From Eledone cirrhosa (taxonomy: Eukaryota), in assembly GCA_964016885.1 (NCBI GenBank), contig OZ024745.1, forward strand, positions 104,470,001 to 104,534,000: a DNA stretch of 64,000 nucleotides, read 5' to 3'. How positions within the stretch are numbered: position 1 is the first letter of the stretch; every line of letters begins with the position of its first letter. The position numbers and the translations under genes were made by a program. A model generated the notes under the pieces. The model was not told the DNA's origin. It saw nothing but the letters and a program-made list of their open reading frames with translations, and made no database searches. Positions 12,244 through 24,400 of the stretch are shown in pieces.

Positions 12244-12492
12244 TTTGCATGTCCAGTGATAGAAGTTTGCAAGTTTCTGATTTGAAAGAGAGAGAAAACT
12301 CAGTACTACAATATCTATAACAATAAATGACAATTTCAGTGTATATATCTACATGAGTTTTCTGGCTTTAGCAAATATAAGTATTAAAATAAACCACAAA
12401 ATCAAATATGTTGGTAGAAGTTCATATCGTTGCTCCATCACAAATGATATTTTATCTTTTAATAATAAGAAATTCCCTAAACTACATGCCCC

Positions 12493-12524
<32 letters not shown>

Positions 12525-13691
12525 TGTTATATTTGAAAATTCATATGGATTTGAATCTCATTGAAGAATCTGTGTTGGACTGTGTCAATCATGAAATTCA
12601 CTCATTCATATACCATCTTTGTTTAACGAAATGGGTCACCATTTTGTAGAGATTAAACAGTGTTGTATTAAACTGCAAAATGAAATATGTCTGTGAGTTT
12701 GAATCATTTGTATATCAAAAGTGTAGTTTTCTCTTTTCATACATTGGTATATATTGATAGATTCATTATGAAATATGAAGGCGCACACACACACACATGT
12801 ACTTGCACAATCAGAAAACCACTCAGAGAACAGTATTTCTGGAATATATATGTATATTGTATTTAAGCACCTTTTGCATTAGATCATTTAGGCAGCAAAA
12901 TGGCAGAGTTGTTAAGGTGCTGGATAGAATGCTTTACAGTATTCGTCCCACCTCATTGCAAGCTCTAAGTTCAAATCCCGTTAGGGTCACGTTTGCCTTT
13001 CATCCTCTCGAGGTCGATAAAAAAAAAAAAAAAAAAAAAAAAAAATACCAGTCCAGTACTAGGGTCAATTATTCTTCTATAGAAAACGTCGGCTGTGTTC
13101 AGACCTGGAGAGGGTTGGGTTCCATCAGGTTTAAAAGTGCCCTAGACACACCATATGACGGTGCCTCTACGATTCCACAAGGACTTATGGGATCTTTATC
13201 CTATCCATTCAGTGAGGAAATTATTCAACATCTTTTAACTGAATGAAGGGCAATGGTGACCTAATGTTCATAGAAGATTTTGCTTTCAAGACGTTGGTGA
13301 TTGCCAGGTGTCCTTCCTATTCCATTCCAGGATGCCTGACTTAGACATTTCTTCATTATCCTTAATGTTCTCATTCTTTCTAGCCTTGGACATCATTAGC
13401 AAGGAAACGTAAACACAAATGCCAATTAATTTAGGAAGTCATACACACTGCTCCTACAGTGGTAACAGATACATAGTAGGTAATATCAGTACCTCTGTTA
13501 CAGTTACTGAAGTTATATAATTTATCTATAGAACTACATTACAACTATGTACAAATCATATACTCTATTGGTTACCAATAAACATATCCCAATACCTGTA
13601 TGCTTACAGTATAGACAAATTACAAATGAATGTAAAGATAGGTTGGATCTAATGTTCACACAGTATTAATGAGCTCTGTGCTACTGCAAAG

Positions 13692-13726
<35 letters not shown>

Positions 13727-15668
13727 ATCTTCAAAGTCAGTTGTATGCAGTGCTAAGTCCTGAAATGATTACCAAAATATACCTCAGGCAGCTATATCAG
13801 AAGCCAGCCCACCATTCCATGATACAGAAAAGCACAGTTCTTGGTATAGTGACTGTGTGACTCCTTCAATTCAATTAGCAGCTGGCAGTAAAACCCAAAG
13901 GTTTATTCAATGAAGATAATTTACTAATTACCAGGTATATCTGGTTTAAAATAGGTACATGATATCTGTGTGTGATGTAAGAAGCTACTAAAAGGGTTAG
14001 TGTCAAGAAGGGTATGTGGCTCTAAAACATTGCCTCAAAAGGTCCTGTTCAACTCATGCCAGCATGGAAAAGTCAACATAAAAACGATGATGATGATGAT
14101 GAATACTGGGTTCAATATAATCGACTATCTATTTCCACCCAAATGCTGGCTTTTGTAACTAAATTAGAAATCATTAAGGGCGGTGGGTTGCCTGTATTGG
14201 TAGAGTGCTGGACAGCATAGAGTTACGGCCCTTTACGTTCCAGGTTCAAATCCTGCTGAGGTTAACTTTGCCTTATGGGGTCGATAAAATAAAATACCAG
14301 TAATGCACTGGGATCAATTTAATCAACTTCCCCTTTTCTTATTACATTCTTTGTTTTTATGGTCTTACATAATTTCCCCACTCAGACACTTACTGCCAGT
14401 TGAAATCACTACAAAAATCAAGGTTTACATAATTATACATTGATAAATCAATCAATAATTATAATTTGAACCTAAGTATATGTGTTTATACTAACATACA
14501 AAGGAGTTTTACATGATCAGTCGACAAGTTAAAAATAGTAGACAAATCCTTCCCAAATTACATTCTACTGCCATAAAATAAGAAAGACACATTGGATAAT
14601 GTAGTCCTAGGTACATTATGTTTGAAACCCAGGGCCACTGTCTGAATAGCACTCTACACTGTATTAATATCACCGTCAGATACTTCAGTAATGTTATGGG
14701 ACTTTGGCACTGCTACAGTTGGTGCTAAACATGCACGCAGGCATATATCTCACACCATGAGCTTGCAACCTTAATAGCTAAGGCCTGGGTGAAACCATCT
14801 CGTATAAATTTAAAATTATTGTAGCATTTTCAAATTACCCCTCTATGGGGCATGTATCTCACATTGGGAATTGTTGCATTAGCAAGCTGTGCACTTGCCT
14901 AGTTTGAACAATATTAGATACCATGCCCATACTCCTGTATATAAATAATAATAATGAAATTATTGTGTACAGTGCTCAGGTGCACTACAACTCATCAAAG
15001 GTGCATGTATAGTACATAGAATAATGTACAAATGTCAGGAAAATGAACAGTGTATGAGTCATGATATAATAATAATAACAATTAAATTATGCCCAAAATA
15101 CGGCGATCTTATCTTAAACCTTACATTCTGTCATATTTTCATATTCTGTCGTATTTTCATATCAAAACAAATCACTATTATATATTCCTTTAAATATATT
15201 TTGTTAAACTTGTTTTACGCAAAACTTCGAGTACCTATTTAAACTCTTAACCTCTGCTCCATCCCATCTTCTACCCCCTACCCATACATCATGCTGGTTC
15301 CTGCCCCCCCCCCCCTCCCTCTCTATACATATAAGATAAAACCCTACCAAAATTAATCAAAATCGCCAACTCGCTATTTCTGGGATGGCTGTTCCCTTCG
15401 GTTCCTTGGGTATAAAGTAACGTTCAAATTTTTCTCGATTCTTCTCTCCATTCGAACCCATTCATTCAATCACTATTCTATGTCCTAATTTCACACTATA
15501 TCATATTTTCACCATTCTATATCATATCTTTTCTCTAAAAATCATATTTTCCCTATCACCGCATTTTCTCTATCGTATTTTCTTAAACAAAACAAATCTT
15601 GTATTTTCGTTTATTGTTAAATTATGCCCAAAATACGGCGATCTTATCTTAAACCTTACATTCTCGCT

Positions 15669-15909
15669 ATGATACAGAAAAGCACAGTTCTTGGTATAGT
15701 GACTGTGTGACTCCTTCAATTCAATTAGCAGCTGGCAGTAAAACCCAAAGGTTTATTCAATGAAGATAATTTACTAATTACCAGGTATATCTGGTTTAAA
15801 ATAGGTACATCATATCTGTGTGTGATGTAAGAAGCTACTAAAAGGGTTAGTGTCAAGAAGGGTATGTGGCTCTAAAACATTGCCTCAAAAGGTCCTGTCC
15901 AACTCATGC
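15669..15909 (+). repeat. 241-bp near-identical duplicate of 13819-14059 at the LINE 5' junction
   Basis: Direct comparison: two mismatches seen, offset 1850 bp. Confidence 0.92.
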
Positions 15910-18900
15910 ACCACCATTATTACGTGGACCAATCATAAGTCAGAGACCCATACTATCGCTTAACTGGTTGCTTTTCGATATGATGGATGGACTACGGAAT
16001 TCTGGAGAGTTGAAGAGAGAAAAATGTGGACGCTCAGCGACAATGCCAAAGATAAAGCCAAATTCACCTCGTGGACGAGAATGCAAGCACTCCTCCTTGT
16101 TTCGGCCCAGGATGGCTAACATAACCCCCTCCCCCCCCGCGCCCCACCGCTCCCACCCTCCAAACGCAATCCAAAACTTCAGAGTTGGTACCATGAATGT
16201 AGGCACCTTAAAGGGTCGCTCTAACGAGGTTGTAGAAATGCTTGAACGTAAGGAGGTCGATGTTTGTTGTATTCAAGAGACCAGGTGGAGGGGAGGGTCG
16301 GCTAGATTCATCGTGGGTAAAGAACGATGCTATAAGCTTTTCTGGGTGGGAAATGACAATGGGTTGGGTGGGGTAGGAATCATGGTAGCAGAAAAGTGGG
16401 CAGATAAGATAATAGACGTAAATAGAGTGAACGACAGAATAATTAAAATAAGACTTGTCCTCAATAAAACTACGGTGACAGTAATATCTGCGTACGCACC
16501 CCAATCCGGACTGCCCGGCGCTATAAAAGACAGATTCTACGAGACACTGATGCTCGCTACCTCCCAAATAACCGACAGTGACTATATAGTTATTGCAGGC
16601 GACCTAAATGGTCACGTTGGACAACATTGTGACGGCTATGACGGAATCCATGGAGGCTATGGGTTCGGTACTAGAAATGAGGAAGGCTCCAGAATCCTGG
16701 AATTCTGCGACGCAAATAACTTAATTATCTGTAACACTAACTTCAAAAAAACGAGACAATCACTTGTCACGAGACAATCACCTATAGATCGGGGGAACAC
16801 ACAAGCCAGGTAGATTATATCCTTACCAGAAGACGTGACAGAGTGTCTGTTGTTAACACTAAATCCCACCCCCATGAAGAATTCACCTCCCAACATAGAC
16901 TGATAATTAGCGACCTCATAGTCAGGACGAGACGTACTAGACAGCGGAAGAGGACTATCCTCAGGAGAAAAATATGGAAGCTAAAGGACCCCATAGCCAG
17001 AAATAAATTTCAAAGCATATTACTTGACGCTTTCGACAGTAAGGAAGAGCAATTAGAGTCGTATAATATAGAGGAACAGTGGGAATTCCTGAGAGCAAAC
17101 CTGCTAACGGCGGCAGACGAAGTCTGTGGCTGGAGCAGGCCTGTAGGTAGGAGGAGAGTAACATGGTGGTGGAACAGTAAGGTGGAGGAGTCAATTAAGG
17201 CCAAAAAGCAGGCTTGGAAAGTATGGCGGGATGGGGGAAGTAGAGAAGACTATCAAGTGGCCAGGAGGGAAGCTAGGAGACAAGTGTACTTCGCAAGAAG
17301 GGAAGCAGAGGAAAGAAAGTTCAAGCATGTTCTACAACGTGAGGACCAAAAACGTGAGGTGTTCAGGATTGCCAGGCAATGTGTCAAGGAAAACCGTGAT
17401 ATTGTCGGGGAGAAGTGTGTACTTAACGATGATGGCATACTTGCCATCACCGACGCTGATAAGAAGGTAGCTTGGAAGTGTCACTACGAAAGGCTTCTAA
17501 ATGAGAAGAACAAATGGGAGAAAGACAGTCTCCCTCAGATCGATCCAATAGAGGGACCAGCAGTGTTAGTTGAAGGTAGTATAATAAGTAAGGCAATCAA
17601 AGATATGAAGACGGGTAAGGCGGCTGGGCCTTCGGAAATAGTTGCTGAGATGCTGAAGGCATCTGGTTTGGTGGGACACACCATGGTCACCCGGATAGTT
17701 AACCAAGTCGTACAGAATGGGGTTGTTCCGAAGGAATGGCGTAGCAGCATCATCGTTAACTGCTATAAGGGAAAAGGAGATGCCCTAGATAGGAGTAACT
17801 ATAGAGGCATTAAATTAATCGACCAGGTCATGAAGGTCACGGAAAAAGTAATAGCGCAACTAATCAGAGAGAGAATTGATCTAGATGAAATGCAGTTTGG
17901 GTTTGTGTCAGGCAAAAGTACCACAGACGCTCTTTTCATTGTACGACAACTACAGGAGAAGTACCTAGCTAAAAGTAAACCCCTATACTTAGCTTTCGTC
18001 GACTTGGAGAAAGCCTTCGACAGAGTCCCCCGTTCCATTATCTGGTGGTCTCTTAGAAAACTAGGTGTTGACGAATGGCTTGTGAGAGCTATACAAGCCA
18101 TGTATAAAGAAACAGTCAGTAAGGTTAGAATTAACAATGAATATAGTGAAGAGTTTAGCGTAAAAGTTGGTGTCCATCAGGGCTCTGTTCTTAGCCCCCT
18201 ACTATTTATTATTGCCCTTCAGGCTATAACAGAGGAGTTCAAGACCGGCTGCCCATGGGAACTCCTATACGCAGATGATCTAACGCTCATAGCTGAATCA
18301 GTGACCGAACTAGAGAAGAAATTCCAAACATGGAAGCACGGCCTAGAATCAAAAGGCCTTAAAATTAACCTGGCTAAGACTAAAGTTCTAGTTTGTAGGA
18401 AAGAAAATAAGGCGGCGGTCCCATCTGGGAAATGGCCATGCTCAGTGTGTAGGAAAGGCGTAGGTAGAAACTCCATTTTATGTCCCAAATGCAAAGTATG
18501 GGTGCATAAAAGATGTAGTGGGATCACAGGTAAGCTAACTAAGAACATAGATTTTACATGTGGCCGGTGCTCTGGTGCAATAAGTAGCAGCAAGTGCCCA
18601 CAAAATACTAGCTCCTTCAACTGCACAGAGGGTTCTATAGAAATAGTGGACAGCTTCCGTTATCTGGGTGACAAAATCAGCAGTGGGGGAGGGTGCTCTG
18701 AAAGTACAGTAGCTAGAGTCAGAACTGGATGGATAAAGTTCAGAGAGCTTATACCACTATTAGCCGCTAGAGGGTTCTCCCTAAAAATGAAAGGCAGGTT
18801 ATACGATGCCTGCATATGAACAGCAATGCTGCATGGCAGTGAGACCTGGGCATTGTGTGCAGAGGATATACACAGACTAGAGAGGAACGAAGCTTGCATG

Positions 18901-19731
18901 CTCCGCTGGATGTGCAATAGTAATATACGTGAACGGTAAAGCATAAACGAACTAAGGAAAAAATTAGAAATAAGAGGGATCAGATGTTGTTTACTCGAGA
19001 GAAGGCTACGTTGGTACGGTCACGTGATGCGCATGAAAGACGACAGCTGTATAACAAAGTGCAGGGCAATAAAGATAGACGGTAGCCACGGAGTAGGCAG
19101 ACCCAGAAAAACATGGGACGAGCTGATAAATTCCGACCTCACACGCTTACACCTCTCCAAGACAATGTCACTGGACCGAGACCTTTGGCGGTACTCAGTA
19201 ATAGAGAAGACCCGCCTTACCTAAATACAAAGTAAAAACCTACTACAGTCAGTAGGCATCTCTATCAAAACACACCCCCGTCCCACCACCTCCACCCCAC
19301 CCACACCGCCCCTTTCAATGTAAAGTTATGTTGGTCCCACAACATCCAGGCCGAAACAAATGAGATCGTGTAGGTGTCACGACAAAAAACACACAGTCCA
19401 CGCTGTAAATGTGGCCGTGTAGGCAACACGGTAAAAACCTCCCAGCCCCACACTGTAAATGTGGTTGGTGTTAGGAAGGGCATCCAGCTGTAGAAAACCC
19501 GCCAGACAGTCCACGCTGTAATGTGGCCGTGTAGGCAACACAGTAAAAACCTCCCAGCCCCACACTGTAAATGTGGTTGGTGTTAGGAAGGGCATCCAAC
19601 TGTAGAAAACCCGCCAGACAGTCCTATGCGAGCAAGACAACCACTCTTGCCTCAAGTGGGAAAACCCCCGTCCAAACCCATGCAAGCGTGGAACACGGAC
19701 GCTAAACCTGATGATGATGATGATGATGATG
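15910..19731 (+). mobile_element. RTE-clade LINE, near full length, disrupted (APE endonuclease + RT + 3'UTR + (GAT)n tail)
   Basis: APE motifs GTMNVGTL, CIQETRW, SAYAPQ, AGDLNGHVG. RT motifs NYRGIKL, QFGF, FVDLEKAFDRV, GVHQGSVLSP, YADD, FRYLG. Frameshift near 16745-16780, stops at 18817 and 18937, ORF end 19224, (GAT)n tail 19709-19731. Confidence 0.95.
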
Positions 19732-20050
19732 AATGAAATATTGTGTACAGTGCCCAGGTGCACCACAACTCATCAAAAAAGTGCATGTACAGTACATAGG
19801 GCAATGCACAAACATCAGTAAAATGAACAGTGCACGAGTCATGATACACACATGTGTGCATGTGTATGGAAGGGGTACATCAGGTGTAGTTTTGGCGTAT
19901 TTCGGGAAGCATGAGTGTCTTAAAGGATGCCATGTCTCGGCAGTTAGCAATTGACGCAGGCAGTTTGTTCCATGCTTCAGCAACTCTGAGCGTGAAAAAA
20001 TATCTACGAAAGTCATTAACAAGTAATATCTCTGAAATGTTGTGGCTAAC
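19732..20050 (-). mobile_element. CR1/L2-type LINE 3' end
   Basis: Minus strand DFRRYFFTLRVAEAWNKLPASIANCRDMASFK, a typical CR1 ORF2 C-terminus. A related 3'UTR piece lies at 14952-15066. Confidence 0.75.
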
Positions 20051-20136
20051 ACATTTGCCCTGCTATCAGGATCTCAGCAGCAGGTTTGATTAATATAAAG
20101 AATTATCTATTTTTCCTTTCAAATTTTATATTCATG

Positions 20137-20167
<31 letters not shown>

Positions 20168-21400
20168 TTTCTATTTCTTTTTCTCTCAGTCACACACACA
20201 TGCATGCATATCTTTACACAAACACTCACAATATATATAATTAAATATATACATACACAGATCAGCACAGAAAATCTATTGGCATAATAAACATGCTTGC
20301 CAAATTTCTCATTAATGTTGGCATGGTTAAGTGACAAATCAAAGGTTGTGTATGTAAAATAACTTTAGGATTTTTTTAAAACTAACATAAGTCTTATGCA
20401 CATGAGTGCGTTTATGCTTACATATAGGTAATCCTCTACATGGTCACTTGACCTACTAGGAATAGCAACCAAACCCCACCTGAATTATACTCTAGTAAGC
20501 AGGGATAACAGTAAAATTACACTGTAGTGTAATCCTATATACTTTATGTCTGAATAAAACAAAAGAAGAATAAATTAAGGTGGTCATGATTGGAACACAT
20601 TTGATCATAGCCCCATTCAGTCATAACAAACAAACAAAAATGCTATACACTACAGGGGCAGTGGAAGCATTTCTGAATTGGGGTGCCAAATTTGGTCAAT
20701 TTAGTTGTAGTGATTAGTTTAGCTATTATAAAATGTCAGCCAATATATAAAAATCTTTGATATGCAACAAACATAACATGTACATAAATTGTAGCACATA
20801 TACAAATAGATGTGTGTTTTGGTAGTTTGGGGAGAAAATATGTACTATGTATTCACATGTATACAGCATAGTTTCAGAATAGATTGAAGTATGGCATATA
20901 TGAGCTAGTTATTTTTTTTCCTTTATGATGTGACCTCAAATAACACAGTGATGATGTTGATGTTGGTGTATGTTTGTGTGTGTATATATGGGAAAAGAGT
21001 CAGGACCCTGATGGCTGAGCTCCAGCTGTTTCGACAGCTAGACCTGAACAGTTCAGGTCTAGCTGTCGAAACGGCTGGAGCTCAACCGTTGGGGTCCTGA
21101 CTCTTTTCTTATTACCCACTCTACTACCTAAGTATCGAATACTCTGGTGCATTATGGTCCATCTGGTTCCTTACCACACTGCCTTTGTTATATATATATG
21201 TATAGGTGGTTCAGTGCATTACTGGTATTGGTACCAAAGCAAGCACTCTATGCACAGGCAGAGAGTATATAATAGAAAAAAAAAGAGCAAATTTTGTTTA
21301 CATATAAAAGATATTTATTGTGTATTGACTTGTTATGCACGTTTTACAGAGGATTGGCTCAAGATCACCCATAGGAGTTATGGACCCAACTTCACATCAC

Positions 21401-21488
21401 CAGTCTGAGGAGCAGATCAATAGTGGAGTCAGATCCATAACTGCTATGGTTACCTTGAGCCAATCCTCTGTGAAACACGCGTAACAAG
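21401..21488 (+). ncRNA. Hammerhead-like motif with long stem II, stem I decayed
   Basis: GT-CTGAGGA-GCAGA...TCTGT-GAAA-CACGCG-TA-AC; lies within inverted repeat 21266-21545. Confidence 0.6.
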
Positions 21489-24400
21489 TCACAATAAATA
21501 TCTTTTTTATGGAAACGAAACATTCTCGTTTTTTCCTATTATATATATATATGCACATATGCACTGCAAGATACATAGTCATACACACACACACTGACAC
21601 AAATATGCACTATGAGATAGTCATACGTATACACACACACGACTGATACATACTAATTGTGGTGCTTACACACACACATACTAACCTATATGAACAATGA
21701 CCAACACATACTGACACATACAAGCATATGCAATGAATCATAGACTGTGATACAAACTCATTGACAAATACTTACATATCAGCACACACATATACACACA
21801 GACTCATTCACTCACACTAACAACAGTCTCATGTATGCATAGACGTCCTAACCCTTAAAAGGGTTAGGACGTCTGTTGGAGTTTGAAACATTTGTCTTGA
21901 CAGTAGTGGTACGGATACCATTGGTGGTACTGTGTCAATCAGTCAGTGTTTTGTGGATAATAATGTGTAGCTCTACAAACAGTTCACTGACCACTGTCCA
22001 TAAGCATACACTGTTATCTCCCTTGATACATCTTCACTCATTGAAACCATGAACTGTTGTTACCACTTTCATTCCATTGATTCTACATACTACATGTGGT
22101 TGCTGTTACCTCTTGTTTACGTTAAATTTGATTCTTCCTAAGAAGTGTATCTTTATTACAGAGTTTCACTTTGCTTACACAATCCTCTGTCATACTTTTT
22201 TTTTCTCACACATACACATACATTATGCTTTACTCATGCTTACCACTTTCTAATATCTATATTAAGCATATTTACACACACTATCAGTACATACTTACAC
22301 ATTGAAATATACACTACAAACTTAAAAGGTGCATTTCAATCCACACATATGGATAAACAATGTACACATGAGTTACTATATCATTTTATATAATATGTAC
22401 ATACAAAAAACACAATTTTAATCGCGCACACACTTACATGTGCATACATACACTTTCATGAAATCACATACAAACCTACACTCACAGCTGCATCTCTTTA
22501 CAAACAACTTGCACTATATTACCGAACTGATAAAACATTTTTTAAGCAAATGTCAATGGGAGAAACACCTTCCTGGAAATTCCTTTTATATAGAATTCTT
22601 TTTGGTAATCATTTTGTTTTTGTCTAGCCCCAGATATATTCTAATTGAGCAAACTTATGATGAAAGGTGTTCTAACAGTAACCATCTCCTCTTTTTGAAT
22701 ATTGTCTATGTCATTTATTATTTAAGATGATTGAGAGTTGAGGAAGATTTGACTGCTGCTTCTAGAAGGTAAAGTGACCACATGGAGCCCCACTTATTGA
22801 CTTGTACATCATTTTGTAGATATTCATTTTTTTCATTCATTTCATTTTACGTCCGCTTTTTCCCTGCTTGCAAGGGTGGGACGGGATTGATTTCTACAGC
22901 TGGATGGCCTTCCTAACACCAACCTCATTTACAGAGAGTGCTGGGTGCTTTTTTGCCGTGGCACCTGCATGACCACTTTGCAGTGGAATGATATGGACCC
23001 CAGTCCCTATCATCTCATTTCTACAGCTGAGTAAACTGGAGCAATGTGAAATAAAGTGTCTTGGAAACAACCATGTGAAATAAAGTGTCTAGGAAACAAC
23101 ACATCACCCGGTCTGAGAATTGAACTCACAACCTTTCGATTGCAAGGCCAATGCTCTAACCACTAAGCCATGTGCCTCCATATAATCAGTATAATGGAAA
23201 ATATTCTTGAAACTGAAATTCTAAACAATATTGGCAGTTTTCAACTTGCATTGATAACTTTTCAAATACTTTTCGAAGTTGGAACTCTCATACGTTTTAC
23301 TGCATGGCTCATTTTGTTTTCTATCATATCCTCAAAGACTTGTAAGCAAAGTTTTGTAGATGGAAACTGTGTTGAAGAGTTTGTTCCTGTTCTTGGGCAG
23401 TAAACTTAAATTTGTTTCCCAGTTTAACATCACCACCTGGTTTTGGGGGTGCCTTTAGCAGAGTTCACTTTCTTAAATGTATTTGGGTCAGCTTTCTTAT
23501 TTGAGGAGAGTAATTTCTTCCGTTCTACCTATTAGTCCCAGAGGTCTTGAAAACTGTCATGGGCATTGGCTTTTTCTTCTCTGACCAGACCATTAAATAA
23601 AAACAAACAAACAAAAAAGTAATCCTTAATTTAATATAAATAATATATTACGCCAAGTTTTAAGAAAAATTGTCAAAGCAGTATTTTGCTTATTTATTTA
23701 TTTTTTTTAGTAAACAAAGAGAACATTTAAATTTGTGTAAACAAAAAATAATTACATTTTGGACACAATTGAAATTTTTTTAATTTGAAAAGTAATATTC
23801 TTTGGAATTGCTTTCCTTTTTCTTTTCTCTTGTTATATTCGTGATTTTAGAGGGAAAAAAATATTTTAAGAGACAGGAGAAGAGAGAAATGTTTTAATGA
23901 AGACAGTTTTTGATATTTTCAGTATAGAAGCACATTGTAAGTGGTCAGTAACCCACAGGATGAGAACATGTATAAGGGAAGAGTAGGATGAAAACAACAG
24001 GCAGAATAGTTACTAGTCAAATATAGAATAGAAATGATGGGAAATAATGGTAAATAGAAGTAGATTAGACTAAGTTGGAGATAAGCCAAGGAGAAAAGGA
24101 ATGAAGAAGAAAGAAATAATCCAGAATATTGAAAGAAGGAATGTAGGAAAGAGATGAAAGATAGATGGGAAGACAGGAAAATAAGAGTGAAAGGAAAAAT
24201 ACATTTTTTTTATTTTATTAATTTCAGAAACATGTTTAGTAAAATATGTGGATTTAACAAACAAATACTGTTCTATTATCATTTGGCATGGGATGGGATA
24301 GGGAGGTCAAAGGTTAGATAAAATATATTTACAAAAATAGAAAAGATTTTAGTTCTTGCATCAGAGTAACACATGACAGACACAAGGTATTTTTTCTACT

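Noticed and set aside
14952-15066. Possible long target-site duplication with 19732-19846 flanking the RTE
   Set aside because: Too many differences for a TSD of a young LINE; better explained as two independent CR1 3'UTR copies.
15910-16110. HDV-like ribozyme at the RTE 5' end
   Set aside because: Could not build the nested double pseudoknot by eye, and the element may be 5'-truncated.
18817-18819. TGA as programmed readthrough or selenocysteine in the RTE ORF
   Set aside because: The sister copy has CGA at 27441 (and CAA for the second stop), so these are ordinary C-to-T inactivating mutations.
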